Assembly: GCA_002256025.1 (NCBI GenBank)
Contig: NKIB01012514.1
Coordinates: forward strand, 1-64,000
Length of the DNA stretch: 64,000 nucleotides
Direction of reading: 5' to 3'
From: Asterionella formosa
Taxonomy: Eukaryota
How positions within the stretch are numbered: the first letter of the stretch is position 1; each line of letters begins with the position of its first letter. Positions 22,144 through 35,000 of this stretch are shown piece by piece. A model generated the notes under the pieces. It was not told where the DNA came from. It saw nothing but the letters and a program-made list of their open reading frames with translations, and did no database searches. Position numbers and translations under genes: made by a program.

Positions 22144-25100
22144 ATGAAAGCAACAGTAAAACTAAGTTGTCCTTCCTTTGTCAGACTTTGGAGTTGCGCA
22201 TTGTCCTTTTCGTCTGCGTTTGTTCCCGCCGTCCGACGTGATTGCCTTCGACACTACAGCTATAAAATGTCTGAAGATCCTTTTGGAGATGATTCCTTCT
22301 TTGCCGAAATTGACTTGGATGCTGTCATACTTGCCAATCAAAGGCAAAGGCAAAGAAGTGGCACTACTGCGAGCAACTATTCCGCAAAGAAGCAAAAGAC
22401 TTTATTTGGGGCCAACTACAAGGGACCAGATATCACAATGGGACAAAAGACGGATCCTTCCAACATGACTTTTGCGTATCACGAGCTTCCTGTTGCCTTG
22501 AGAGAATCTACGAATACCACTAGTGCTCAGTTTGTTGGTACGCCTACTGCTACTCTTGCCACTACCACCACCACTACCACTACCATGAAGAACACACCAA
22601 AACAACAACCAAGTTCATCCAATCACTCACTACCCATTCACTCACAGCCAGCTCCTTCAGCACTGGAAGAAACACTATTACAATACTTTGGTCACGACAA
22701 GTTCCGGTCGGGACAACTCGATGTCATTACTGCTGTCCTTGGAGGACGAGATGCAGCTGTCTTTTGGGCAACTGGGAGTGGAAAGAGCATGTGCTATCAA
22801 ATACCAGCCCTGCATAGCAAAGGAGTTGCTATCGTTATATCGCCCCTCATTTCCCTCATGCAAGATCAAGTACACAAGCTTAATGGATTGTCCGATGCAC
22901 CGCTGGCCACCTTTTTAGGATCCGGACAAATGGATCCACATGCTGAGAGTGGGGCCTTGAATGGGGATTACCAACTTGTCTACGTTACTCCTGAAAAATT
23001 ATTGTCTGGGGGATTTTTAGAGGCACTTGCTCACATGCACCAGAAGAAAAGGACCATTTCACTCATGGCCGTCGATGAAGCACATTGCGTATCCGAATGG
23101 GGACATGATTTTCGTACTGATTTTAGGAATCTGCACTTGATTCGATCGCACCCTGTATTGAAGCATGTGCCAATCTTGGCGCTGACAGCCACTGCCGTGC
23201 CTCGGGTTCAAATCGATATTTTGTCAAGCTTGAGACTACAGAATCCCTACATTGCCAGGCAAACCTTTGATCGGACCAATTTGGAAATTTCTGTTGTGAA
23301 GAAGCATCGAGGTGGAATTGGAGCGACTTTGGAAACTGTACTCCCAAAACTCAAAGACAATAAATCTACCATTATCTACGCCGCCACGAAAAATGAAGTG
23401 GAAGACATTGCTGCCTACTTGGACTCCAAGGGTGTCTCAGTTCAACCATACCACGCCGGATTGACGACAAAACTACGGACAGATGCACATACTAATTTCC
23501 TGATTGGAAAAACGGATGTATTGGTTGGAACAGTCGCTTTTGGTATGGGCATTGACAAGCCTGACACTAGGCGAGTCATACACTACGGTCCACCAAAGAC
23601 AATGGAAGAATATTACCAACAAATTGGTAGAGCCGGTCGAGATGGTCTCGCAAGTGAAGTGTGCATGTTTGTTAATGACAATGACTTTGACAAGTATTAT
23701 GGTGACTTTTATATGGGATCGCTGCCCGCAGAAGCCAAGCAAGCCATGGAAGGATCTTTGAGTGCACTGAAAACATACGCATTGGATCCACAAACTTGTC
23801 GACGAAAAGCTGTCTTGGATTTCTTTGAAGAGAAGCCGAGCTTTGGAGAGCGCTGTGGAACGTGCGATACTTGTCGAAATGTAAAGAAATATGGAAGTGA
23901 GATGGAAAGGGACTTGGGAAAGATGGGCGCTCGAGTTGTTTTGAAAGCAGTTGAGTCTCTAAGTGAGCAAAGTTTGTCAATTATAGAGAAGGTGATCAAT
24001 GGCAACACTGTGGAGAGCTACCGTTATTCCAAATATGCAAACACTACGGCGGTCAATGACTACATTGTTATGGCTCGCAAAGATATGGGCAAGAGGCGAC
24101 CAATCAGCTACTTCAAGGAGCTTGTATCCCCTCTCGTGAGCGCAGGCTATCTAAGTGAAAGGAGCAAAAAAATCGAAATAAATGGATACAAAAAAGCCTT
24201 CACTGTATTCCTCATTACGCCCAAGGGTCTTGAGGCTTTGCAAAACGAGGAACTTCCAATCATCTTATCCGTCCCTCAGTCACTTCGTGATTTTGAGGAG
24301 GAGGAAGAGAGGGCACGTCAAACAGTTCTTGCCCAACTCGAAAAGTCTGGCATCAAGCTCGAGAAGATTCCCAAGGAAGAAATTGAGAGTGGGGAAGGAA
24401 TCACCATACAGGCGTACTCGAAATGGAATTCGCACATCGAATCCCATCGTAAAAATAACCGCCAATCTCGCATTCAACAATTGGAAGACTTGCTTGGACG
24501 CATTGAGTTGTGGCGACGCAGCACTGCAGAAAAGTTTCGCATGGCGCCTGCAGCTGTCCTAGCCGAGCACATTACATATACAATTGCCTATGCTATCGCT
24601 ACAATGAATGGTAAGGTGGAAAGGGAAGCGCTCGTGGCTGTTGGGGTTCGCAGTCGAGAACTAGACAACCTTCTCCAAGCGTTGCATGAGTGGCAAGATG
24701 AAGTTCAACCACAGAGTCCTTTTCCAGTGAAGATAGCATCTGGCACCACTCAAATGGTCCTCCCCAACATGTTTACCCCAACACGTGCCTGGGAGTATGC
24801 TGTCTATAGACCTAACAAAAAGACTGGGCTCGCTTCCTGGGAGTCCTCCCACAATCGATTTGTGGCAGGCGAGCATCTTCAGACTATTGCCATGTCACCA
24901 GCTGGTGGAAAACCGGTAACTGCGACAACAGTATTTAATCATGTTTTGGAGGGCTTGGTGATGGGCCGTGGGACACCACTGAAACGACTTGCATCTCACT
25001 GGAACCCTCCACCAACCGAAGAAGTTTACAATCGCCTAAAGGAATGTGAATCCTTGAGTGGTATGGATCCCGTTGGGATGCCAGCTACTTCCGGAAAAGA

Positions 25101-25314
25101 TGGTGGAAAATTCCTTTTGACTGATTTCTTGCGTCCCATTATTGGAGATGAGCTCGCCGACAAGCCGTATGAGACAAGAACCTTTGAGGACAAGAAAGAA
25201 ATTAATAAATGGTACAGTGCACTGAATTGGTACCTTGCATTTCGTCGAGCAGGGTATGATCCTTCTTTCGCTCCGCCTGACGAGCAGCTTCCATCAGTAG
25301 GAGCTCAAGTATAA
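22144..25314 (+). CDS. recQ: RecQ-family ATP-dependent DNA helicase (helicase core, Zn-binding/RQC, HRDC-like and C-terminal HTH regions)
   Basis: ATGSGKSMCYQIP, SPLISLMQDQ, DEAHCVSEWGHDFR, ALTATA, YHAGL, AFGMGIDKPD, YYQQIGRAGRDG and CRR...CGTCDTC. A second in-frame ATG lies at 22267. Confidence 0.95.
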   Translation: MKATVKLSCPSFVRLWSCALSFSSAFVPAVRRDCLRHYSYKMSEDPFGDDSFFAEIDLDAVILANQRQRQRSGTTASNYSAKKQKTLFGANYKGPDITMGQKTDPSNMTFAYHELPVALRESTNTTSAQFVGTPTATLATTTTTTTTMKNTPKQQPSSSNHSLPIHSQPAPSALEETLLQYFGHDKFRSGQLDVITAVLGGRDAAVFWATGSGKSMCYQIPALHSKGVAIVISPLISLMQDQVHKLNGLSDAPLATFLGSGQMDPHAESGALNGDYQLVYVTPEKLLSGGFLEALAHMHQKKRTISLMAVDEAHCVSEWGHDFRTDFRNLHLIRSHPVLKHVPILALTATAVPRVQIDILSSLRLQNPYIARQTFDRTNLEISVVKKHRGGIGATLETVLPKLKDNKSTIIYAATKNEVEDIAAYLDSKGVSVQPYHAGLTTKLRTDAHTNFLIGKTDVLVGTVAFGMGIDKPDTRRVIHYGPPKTMEEYYQQIGRAGRDGLASEVCMFVNDNDFDKYYGDFYMGSLPAEAKQAMEGSLSALKTYALDPQTCRRKAVLDFFEEKPSFGERCGTCDTCRNVKKYGSEMERDLGKMGARVVLKAVESLSEQSLSIIEKVINGNTVESYRYSKYANTTAVNDYIVMARKDMGKRRPISYFKELVSPLVSAGYLSERSKKIEINGYKKAFTVFLITPKGLEALQNEELPIILSVPQSLRDFEEEEERARQTVLAQLEKSGIKLEKIPKEEIESGEGITIQAYSKWNSHIESHRKNNRQSRIQQLEDLLGRIELWRRSTAEKFRMAPAAVLAEHITYTIAYAIATMNGKVEREALVAVGVRSRELDNLLQALHEWQDEVQPQSPFPVKIASGTTQMVLPNMFTPTRAWEYAVYRPNKKTGLASWESSHNRFVAGEHLQTIAMSPAGGKPVTATTVFNHVLEGLVMGRGTPLKRLASHWNPPPTEEVYNRLKECESLSGMDPVGMPATSGKDGGKFLLTDFLRPIIGDELADKPYETRTFEDKKEINKWYSALNWYLAFRRAGYDPSFAPPDEQLPSVGAQV

Positions 25315-26310
25315 AGGAAAATATTCAGTGACGACATGTGAGTCATTGCATTATTCATTTCCACATCCGGTGTGTACAGTACAATCTCAAACAAATGTTA
25401 TTTAAGCTCGCAAGACTAAATGAATAGAGTTATAAAGTGAATCCCATACTATGGTATGTTCCAGGAATTGGGAGCAAAGATTAAGGCATGGGAGGCACAG
25501 CGAAAGTAATAGGGCGGACAAAATCAAGAGAGGCAAACATCAAACAGCTTGATTGGTGCGTTTATGCGGAAACTCGGTAGGAGTTTGGACAAAGTAGTCC
25601 TCAATAATTTACTCTGTTTGCCTAAACCTACCAATGATACCATAATTTCGGCCGTTTGTATTATGAATGTGTTGACGTTTTTGTTGTCACCATCTCAGTT
25701 GCCTAATCATCGTGCAGCAGGCGTTAATCCATACTTCGAGTGAGATACTGGAAGCATGGAAAGATCCCCTTTCCTAGGATTTTCAATCATGTATAACAGA
25801 TTCAACGTCGTTGAAATCGTTGGCATTTGCTTTTGTAACTTTTATTGAACTTTTATTGGGTTTTCGGCTTTTCCAGGAAATTTGGATGATGATAATTAAA
25901 ATTGATGGTTGATGCTCAACAAATGTGAATTACTGATATTCTGACTGATATTCTACTCTTTTATGAGCGGTGTCGCTAGATACCAAACGACAAGGGCAAT
26001 GACTCGGGATGACAAACCTTGTATTCCAGAAATTATCCAGATTATCCAGAATGAATTTCATCGATTCAAGGCGAGATCAAAACGCGAAACTCAGCATCTA
26101 TAATATCAGCATTTATTTCTGAAAGGAAGAGACATAATGCATGTTGAACTGTTGTAAAAAATACAAGAGCACTGAACAGCATTATTAAATCAGCATCACA
26201 TTTGTTATTACTTCCTTTCTTATAGAACAGAAAAAATAACAGTACATACTTTCCCAACCAGCTCGACCGTCACCGTGAAACAACGGCTGCGGTATAATTG
26301 ATTGAAAATC

Positions 26311-28275
26311 TCAAACATCAAAATCACGGCCGAGTCCAAAAAAGGCTCGGAACTGTCCGTCTTGTGTATAACTCAAGTCGTATTTAATAGGAATGCCCTG
26401 CACTCCCTTGCGCAGGCCAATTCCAACACTAGCCTTTCGGGTGAAGGAGGACTGCAGATCTTTTTGAGCAAATGACCAATCACCAAAGACAACAATACTA
26501 GCATCTTGCCGAAGTTTGTTGGTTGGGAGAGTTATCGGAATCCGTAGTTCTGTTGTTCCAACAAGGTAGGATGATACTCGGTCGTTGCTGGATGGCGAAT
26601 ATCCTCGAATCTGGGATGCAACTCCTAACGCGTTGGCTTCATGACGAGGCAGATGATGTGTGGATGCGGTGGCTGAATGCTGCAAGGCCAAAGTCAAGGG
26701 ACGTTGGTCATCCGGGGTGAGCGGGAATATTTGTCGTGTCGTTGCCGAGAGAGACGAGTATGGCAGAATATTATAATGGGAAGTTTCTCCGCCATCAGCA
26801 ATCCTTGTTCCTGTCATCAGACTACCCAAGACATGGGACCTTGCATCTAGTGGCAACTCCTTTCGAAATGGTCCCAAACCCAAAGTTACACTGCCCACTG
26901 CTTCGTGCTGCCCCGACCTTGTCGAAGTTTGTTCCAAACAAGCACTTGCTCTAGAATTCTGAATCATTTCTGTACGGATTGGATTTCTCAGGCGAAACGT
27001 AGCTCCCTTTCGGTCCAATAAAGCATCATGATCATAGTCCTTCTGTTGCTCATCTGTCCCATCACTTTCCAGATTTTCTCCAATATAATCAGAAAATAAT
27101 TCAACGTCATATCCACCTTCCAAGCCAAAATTATCATCACTAAACTTCAATCTCACACTTGGCTCAGCATCTTTTGTGCCTCGTTTGACCGTCACCCCCA
27201 AGCACTCCCCTCCTCCAAAGACATTGGAATGTTGAAAGTCCGCTTCGCCTTCCCACGAGCCCGTATAAAGTGACTTGGTCAGCCCATATTCCAAATTTCT
27301 CGGAGGCGCCTCCGTGGCTAGAATTTGAAGCTGCACTGTCCCATCCGGCATGCGCTCTGGTGTAGCTCGAAGCACCTTACTAAAGATGCCCGCCCCAACA
27401 ATGGCCTGCCATCGGTGACCTTGCCATAGAAAGGGGGTTTTGGGATGAAGCTGCAAGGCATTGGCAATTCGGGTGGAAGAGGTCTTTCCAGATGTCGTGA
27501 CAAAGGTTGTGTTGAGATCCTCCTTCTTGAGCTGTGCCAAGCCGCGTGTGTCCCTGCGTGTATGCTTGTCTTTGTACTGCCGAAATGACACTAGCGATCC
27601 GTCGTCATCAATAACCATTTGCTTGCAAAAAATGATTTCAACAGGTCGATTATTTATAAATGGCTCTTGGACTGTGATTTCCGCAGTATTCGTGTCGGCA
27701 TGCAGCGTTGCACCAGTGACCGAATGAAGAATATACCCCTTCCGGTCATACCATCGCTTGAGGTTCCTGGCGAACTCTTGCACAGTTTCTGTTCTAAGAG
27801 GTCTCCCTAGTATTCCGGATCGTTTGGCCGCGGTCTCTATGACTTCCTGAGGCAGGACGGTCGTGTTGGGTACATTCACGTGCAAGACAAGAGTTGTCTG
27901 AAGTTCTGCCATCAAATCCTCCATCTGCTTGTCCTCGTTCGACTTGAGGAAGCGAGGTAGCTTTAGCGTCAAGGATGTAAAAGGCTTGGTGATTCTCTCC
28001 ACGAGATTCGCCCCAACCTGTTTCCAGTATTCCGCAGCCGTTGATAGAGAGGCCTTGGTGCCCTTGATGATGTCATCGGAAGCAGCTCCGCCTCGCATCG
28101 AAACAATCATAGCGTCGTCGTCGTTGTCGTCGTGGTGGTGGTGTCGTTCCGCCATCAAGACTTGCCTGTTCGGTCCTTTGCCAAGACCATCACCATTGGT
28201 TCCAATACCTCGCCACCTAGGTGTCAAACACTGGCACCAGTGCAGATGGAGGATCAGAAGGCCGACGATCTTCAT
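26311..28275 (-). CDS. Omp85/BamA-superfamily beta-barrel protein with POTRA-like domains, signal peptide-bearing (likely plastid envelope)
   Basis: POTRA-like segment (LKRWYDRKGYIL...AEITVQE), barrel start (HSNVFGGGECLGV), IRGY loop motif, ELRIPI, SVGIGLRK...IPIKYD and C-terminal FFGLGRDF. ATG at 28275 starts a hydrophobic signal peptide. Confidence 0.8.
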   Translation of the reverse strand: MKIVGLLILHLHWCQCLTPRWRGIGTNGDGLGKGPNRQVLMAERHHHHDDNDDDAMIVSMRGGAASDDIIKGTKASLSTAAEYWKQVGANLVERITKPFTSLTLKLPRFLKSNEDKQMEDLMAELQTTLVLHVNVPNTTVLPQEVIETAAKRSGILGRPLRTETVQEFARNLKRWYDRKGYILHSVTGATLHADTNTAEITVQEPFINNRPVEIIFCKQMVIDDDGSLVSFRQYKDKHTRRDTRGLAQLKKEDLNTTFVTTSGKTSSTRIANALQLHPKTPFLWQGHRWQAIVGAGIFSKVLRATPERMPDGTVQLQILATEAPPRNLEYGLTKSLYTGSWEGEADFQHSNVFGGGECLGVTVKRGTKDAEPSVRLKFSDDNFGLEGGYDVELFSDYIGENLESDGTDEQQKDYDHDALLDRKGATFRLRNPIRTEMIQNSRASACLEQTSTRSGQHEAVGSVTLGLGPFRKELPLDARSHVLGSLMTGTRIADGGETSHYNILPYSSLSATTRQIFPLTPDDQRPLTLALQHSATASTHHLPRHEANALGVASQIRGYSPSSNDRVSSYLVGTTELRIPITLPTNKLRQDASIVVFGDWSFAQKDLQSSFTRKASVGIGLRKGVQGIPIKYDLSYTQDGQFRAFFGLGRDFDV

Positions 28276-29032
28276 GGTGGATGATTGTGATGTCAAAAAT
28301 ATACACCAAGTTTGACACCGCCGACCATCAAATCATCCTACATACATACCGGTAGTATCTTTCTAGATTCAAATATTATATCAAGAATCGTATATGTATA
28401 TGCAGCCCTTTGCGTCACCATTGTACAGTATTCCGGTATACATAATATTAGACCGGTATATCTGTAGTACTCTGTACCCCGTACCTGGTACCACAGGAGG
28501 TACCAGTGCTAAGCGACTACCGGTATTCCTCCGCGATGATTATCGGCCGATTTACCAGTATGTTAAACGTAACAATCCTACATACCAGAGCAGCTACATA
28601 CGTAATGGTACCAGGGATTGTACCTGGTACACAGTTCCCTCTACTGTATAGGTATGGAGGCCGTGATAGTGATGGTCGATGCCATGGTGCACACAGTTCT
28701 TGCTTCAGCGTTTCTCGAGCGTTGAAGGTCATCCATCGCTGCTGCATACCGGTATTCTATATACGGTAGAGAGATATCATATTGCCTTCTGCATTCCTTG
28801 GTTTTGACCGATCCCTTGTTAGCATCAACGGCTGATGGTTGAATCACTCCCATACCGTACTTTATAACTTGTACATTTGCCTCATCATCGGCTGCAGCGA
28901 CGCAAGGGGAAACGTAGCTCGAACAAGAACACACAAATCAGTACTCGTTGAGACCGTCAGAATCCGCTGTTCGGACGACTTCGAGACGCTTCGAACGGCT
29001 ACTCCCTGGTACCTAAATCTCGTCAACTCATC

Positions 29033-32000
29033 ATGAGCAGTCACAGCGCCAGTCACACTTCGCCACCTCCAGCACAACGCGAACATAGCACGTCTTACCC
29101 TGCTCCGGCCTATTTGAATTTCACTCCTGGTGGATTGTCCTACAAGAAGACAGACTGCGATCTCTCGTCGCACTGGTATAATTTAGCTGACTACTCTGCT
29201 TCCGCTTCTACTGCTGCAGCACCAACAAGCCCACGCCGCCGTGCAACCCCGGATACTCTCATTCTCAAGGCTAAGTACGCTGATGACGTTCTGCGTCAAT
29301 ACAACTTGCTGTATGGTCGATCTATGGTGGCTCCTCACTTTCTTCCATCACTTGCACTCCTGGCATCGGCTGCCTTTGATCGCTTGTCTGGTGTCCCTCC
29401 GCTTTCTGTCAAGCGCTGGGCTGATGCCATGGTCTTGGCATACTTGGAAAATATTGACAAAGAATCTCCCCCACTCTCGGAAGTCCACTGCTGGACCAAC
29501 GTTACCTCCCCAGATCACGCTGCCGCTATACCTTCGGAGACAGTGGTTGCTGTCCTTCGAAACATGCTACACACCAGTACCAACCGGGGCCACGCTCCAA
29601 GTGCACCCCGGCCATGTGGATACGTTTTCAAACGAGGAGACATTGCTTGGAATTGCCGAACCTGTCAAACCGACCCGACCTGCGTCATTTGCGACACTTG
29701 CTTTAGGAATTCGAACCACGAGGGGCATGAAGTATACTTTCATCGAACTACACCCGGTGGCTGTTGTGATTGTGGTGATGCGGAGGCATGGAAGAGTAGT
29801 GGATGCTGTCCGTTGCACAGACACATTCAAGATGAATCAATACACGAAAATGATCCCGAAGAGGCGGTTATGATGGCATTGAGAGGACAGAAACAGGGGA
29901 TTGATGCCTTACAGGACCCATCAACCAAGTTGCCTGATAAGTTAGCGGCGGCTTTAGGGGTTGTCATTGGAGCAGCTGTTCACGCGTTGGTGCAAGCGGT
30001 TGACGGTGCAGGAATAGGAGCAGACCCAGTTCAGTGGAAGCTAAGGTGGACAGATGAAGCTTGTCGAATTAAGAATATGGCGATCAATCGTGATGATTAT
30101 TACCTATGTACTGACTATACCAAATTGGAAACACCACAATCCCTATTGCAAAAGGGAAATTCGATGCCAAAGGATTTCAAGCTGCACCTACGGCTTCACA
30201 ATGATGATGTCCATACCTTTGATGAAGTTATCGATGCATTACACGAACCACGGCACAACCGACTGCCCGAAGATGCCCCACTCCCCCCGCTGGTGGCCAA
30301 TCGAGATGATGCGGAAGAAATGACACACCATGTGGATGCCGATGGCCAAGTCATGGTCAAGTCCTACCAGTCCATCGCTTTGGCCCTGCAGGGATACCGA
30401 CGCCTCAAATCAAAACAACGAGGCTTGCACTGTGCAGTTGTTGGCACCTCTGTAGTAGACGCCGAAAATCGGGCCAGGGCATTGACTTTGTGGTTGTCGG
30501 AAATTTCAGCTGCCCATCCTGCAGCAGCGGCATTGGTCGTACACGCTCTAGTACAACTCAATCACGACTTGGCGGGTATTCAAGTCTGGCATGAAGCGAG
30601 ATCCATTCCGGCTTGGGCATCCTTGATAACAGATGAAGATGACCTTACAACATGTCGTCGTAGATTTTACGCCTTTCCGCCGCACTTGGCCTCTAGTTAT
30701 GTTACGAGAGAAGACGCCGAAACCTTGCACCGCTTAGGAATGGAGATGAACTCGACCATGTTTCAAGAAATGACGGGGACAGATCCCAATTTTTATTCAA
30801 ATGTCCCGTATCGTTTGCCGTCAGAGCGCTATCGAAAATCTCCGCATGCTCTATGGGGGACCCTGCCGTCAACCTATAGCGACTCAATTACTCCCTCCAA
30901 TAAGCATCCTTTGCTCTATAGGTTATCGACTGGACTTTTTGATGAAGTTGCTGGAACCATGCAGAATCAACTCACCGAAGAAGTTTATGTGGTTGATACA
31001 GACTTGCGAAAGCAAGAGGAGTCAGAACGAATCCTGGCAAGTGTATATTCTCACAAACTGCCGGGCGTGCACATGATAAGTGGAGTTGGAACCTTGAGAG
31101 TTCAGGATATCACGGCAGCTTCACCTCCCATGCCGAATCCCATGCAATGGAGGCACTTGTTGCAAACATGCTCCTTTCGAGCTCCAGTCACTCCACTGGC
31201 GTTGTTGCTCTTGCTGGATCCGTACCCGACCAAGCAAGTCAGATTTGTTTTACATTCGCTCTTTTTGTCTCTCTTGGTAGATTCGCGATTCAAATGTCGA
31301 TTTGCCGCAGCACTTGGAGCTGTGGCTTATCGCCCGTTAAGCACGCTGTTTTGTGCTGGTGTTGGAACTGAAGCCGACACTCCTCTTGGGTTTACCGTTC
31401 AAATTTTCACAGCAGGATCGTTGGTACGAGCACTCGGGAATGCGACAGCAATTGAAAAGCTGCTCAAGTCAGATAATGCAGGATGTGATTCCGAAAGCAC
31501 AGCGCCTATTGGTGTTTTTGCCATGCCGCTTGCCCACAATGTTGTTCGTTGCATTCACACAAACTTATTGGGTGCCACAAAAGAAGTCCACATGATTTTG
31601 AAAAACACTATTACGGACAATGATGAAGAAAGTCACGAGGAGGATGCAAGGAGGAATGACAATTTACTTCCGGCTCTCACATACCAAGCCGGGGAACATC
31701 CACTATCTATTTCTTTACCTGCTGCACCTGATGATGGATATTTGGACTCGCGTTCAACGCGTCACAAGCGTCTCCCCCACCTGCTACGAGACTTGGAGTA
31801 TGTTATTGAGACACCAGGAACGGCGATTCGATTGTTACTACCTCAAAAATATCCTATGTATCGAAATATCCAAAGTTCATCGTCATCTCCCATCGTCGAA
31901 AACGTCGTTGAATTTGCTACTGTCTACGCTCGCTTGCTTCGAACAGCCCAGGGAATGGATCCACAGAAACGAGTTATTTCTGGTGGGCACGTTGAGTACG

Positions 32001-35000
32001 AAAAGAGCAGGTGGCTAGATGCATTTGGCCTAAGTTTGAATTTTGCCGGCACAAGGGATGCTCTCGCCGAAAGTTTGACAAATGCCAGCAGTTCAACTCT
32101 GGCCCCGTACAGTGACAATGGTTCTCATCTTGCCAGTATTCAGAATGCTATGGGTAATTTGTTTGTTGCGCTGCTGAGGGAACTGAAGTTGTGGCTCTAT
32201 CGAGAAGGTATGCTAGAGACCGGTTTGCCATTACCGCCAAGTGGAACCCATGGTGGGATGGACTCCTCGCTGGTAGAAGCGTTGCAACGAAGCACGTTGC
32301 ATGTCTCAAGCTCCCAGCTTGGAGCAGTTGCTGCTGCGTCAATGTCAGAGAGCTCAAATGGAGGAGGAGGTGCCCACGCAGTAGCTCTCGCTTGCGCAAC
32401 TGGTGTGAAAATGACTGAAGCGCAACTGGAGCTTATTGAAGGCGCCCTTCGGCTGGAAGACGCGAGACGTCACCATCGTGAAGCGAGTGATGATTCTGTT
32501 CCACCAAGTGGGCCGCCAATGGGCGATTGGCTGCGAATTCCTCACTCTCCGCTTGGTGGTGACAATCTCTCGTTTCACCTACCTCTTCATCGATCATTGG
32601 CGAAGAGTGTCCTTAGCATATGTTATGTTGTTGTACCTGAATCCGTGCGAAATTCCAATCCATACGGTTGGTGGAAACTTCCTGTCCTTGACGACAATTA
32701 TGACGCTGGGGATCAAAGTGTGACAGGCAAGCAACACCCACTAGTATCGCTAATACGTCCTACATTGAGATCGTCAAATTGTCGAGTTGTTTGGGCAGCA
32801 GGACCTGATTGTTCATCAGCGGAAGCACATCATAGAAGGACTCGCTCGAAGAATGTATCTGCCAACATAGCGGCAGCAAAAATAATTCATTCCTTGGCCG
32901 ATCATCCAATCAGATGTTTAGCAGCGGCACAGCAAATCGAACGACACCTTTGGGCAAGAAATGGTACATCCACCGCAGGAATGGCTCTAAACTATGCAAG
33001 TTCGCCGCTGTGTCGATCTTTCCGCGATCTTGATATCACTCTGGTTCAGCTTTCGAGCGCTGGCATGAGCATGGGTCTTGGTGCACGGCGTGTTTTCTCG
33101 CTTTTAGTTAGCCGTTTCAGTATGGATGGATATCTCTGTGATCCTGAACGACGAATCCAGGGGGCATCGAGCCCGACAAGCAGTGGAAATTATGCTGGTA
33201 ATGGTAGTTGGGTGAACCCCCCAAGGATGCAAGATACGGAGCATGCGGTGGCACTGTCCGAGTCATTCTTCACAACCATGTGTATTGTAGTTACGGAGCT
33301 CCCTTCCCCTCCCCCAATTTCTCCTTCGGACGAGGTTGCATTGCGTAGTAGCCTACGTCGTGAACTGCTGCATGCACTTGCTGCTGAACCACGTTCGCAC
33401 AGTGAGGCCATGGAAGCAGCCACTAGTGCGGCGAGTAGACGAGACGAGAGCGCTGGCATTTCTGGTGGAAGCTCTGGTGGTGGTGCTCTTGGTGATGTCT
33501 TTACTCAAGTACTGCGGGAAGTTGGACAGCAGAAGAATCAAGGCTCGTCACGGGCAACTTCTGGTCCATCAGCTTACGAGCTAAGACCTGAATGTAGCGA
33601 CGAATATGATCCGACTTTTTTTCATCTTCGCCGTCAAGACCATCAGCATGCCATGGACACAATAGCGCGCTTACGAAAGCAAAAGGCAGGAAAAGATGCA
33701 GATTCAACTTGCTATCCTGTCGTTTCGTTGCCTCCAAAATCGCATCCCCGGTTCGTTGCATGCCGCCTATTGCTGCACCTCCCAAGCATGGATGCAGCTC
33801 TGCGTAGAGCCCTTCTATTTGCAGTCACGGGTGGTGCTTGGCTTCCTCCAAATGAACCCGCGCCTCCACCGTGTGAGAAAGACGACGACCCGATGCAGGC
33901 AGAATCGTCTGAATGGACAACAGTAGCAACGGGTGCGATGATTGCAGATTATGGTGGCGCTGTCCCAGTATCCACCTTGGGAAGAAAGTTAAAAAGAACA
34001 GGGTCTTCCTCCGTTAGTAGGAGAAGCGGCGATGTTGTGGATTCTTCTCCCTTTTCGCCTGCAGTTGTTGCCGGATCATCTGTCTCGTATCTTGAGGTTC
34101 TCCAGCTTCTCACACTCCAAGTTCACACTCTTGAGGAATGCGCATGTCTTCATCGCTTGCAGCCCGACCTTGATGAGGAGGCTAAGATTTTATCTTCTGG
34201 TCTATCGATCAATTCTTACCTCGGCCGATTAACGATGGTTCCTGAGAGTCTAGTCCACGTATGGGCATTTCGTCCATACCCTGAAGGCCCAATTCCATCA
34301 AAAGGTAGTGGCGAAGATCGCGGGTCTCTTTTAGGACTTTTGATCACTTTGTATGAGCACCGAGCAGACCCCGGTGGCGACGACAAATCTGGCCACGGAG
34401 AGAGCTCAAGTGGCGATGAAGGTCATGGTGGATCTAGAAATCTTTCCAACAGCGGACTGAAATGGCTACTTCGATTTGTAAATGCACTTGTGGATGGCGC
34501 TCCAAGTGTCGCTGCTGCAACAAAGAGTGCGACTTGCGGTGTTCCGATTCAAGCTGCTATTGGGGCTGCAGAATCAGATGGGACGTCATGGACAATTAAT
34601 TCTGCCATTCGCACAAAGATTAGTGGAATGCTAGCAAATCTACCAGATCTCTGGCCAAATGAGGACATGTCAGAGGTCGATGACGATACTGACCGCTTGA
34701 ACGCGAAAAGTAAGGAAGCGAGAAAGGCTGCTCAGCAGCGAGTAATGGATATGATGAAGAAGAAGCAAAGCGCATTTGCTGCGACAATAGCTCCCACGGA
34801 AAGTAATTTGGAAGGAAAGATGGATGTGGATGAAGATGAACAAGATTTATGCATCATCTGCAGATGTGACGATGCTGACGGCGAAAACAACGGACCGCTC
34901 GGATACCTAGGTCACGTACAACGATCGAGGTATGCACACATGAGGTCGTCCACTGAAGCCCCCAAGACAAACCCCCTTTTTTCGACCTATAGAGTTTCTG

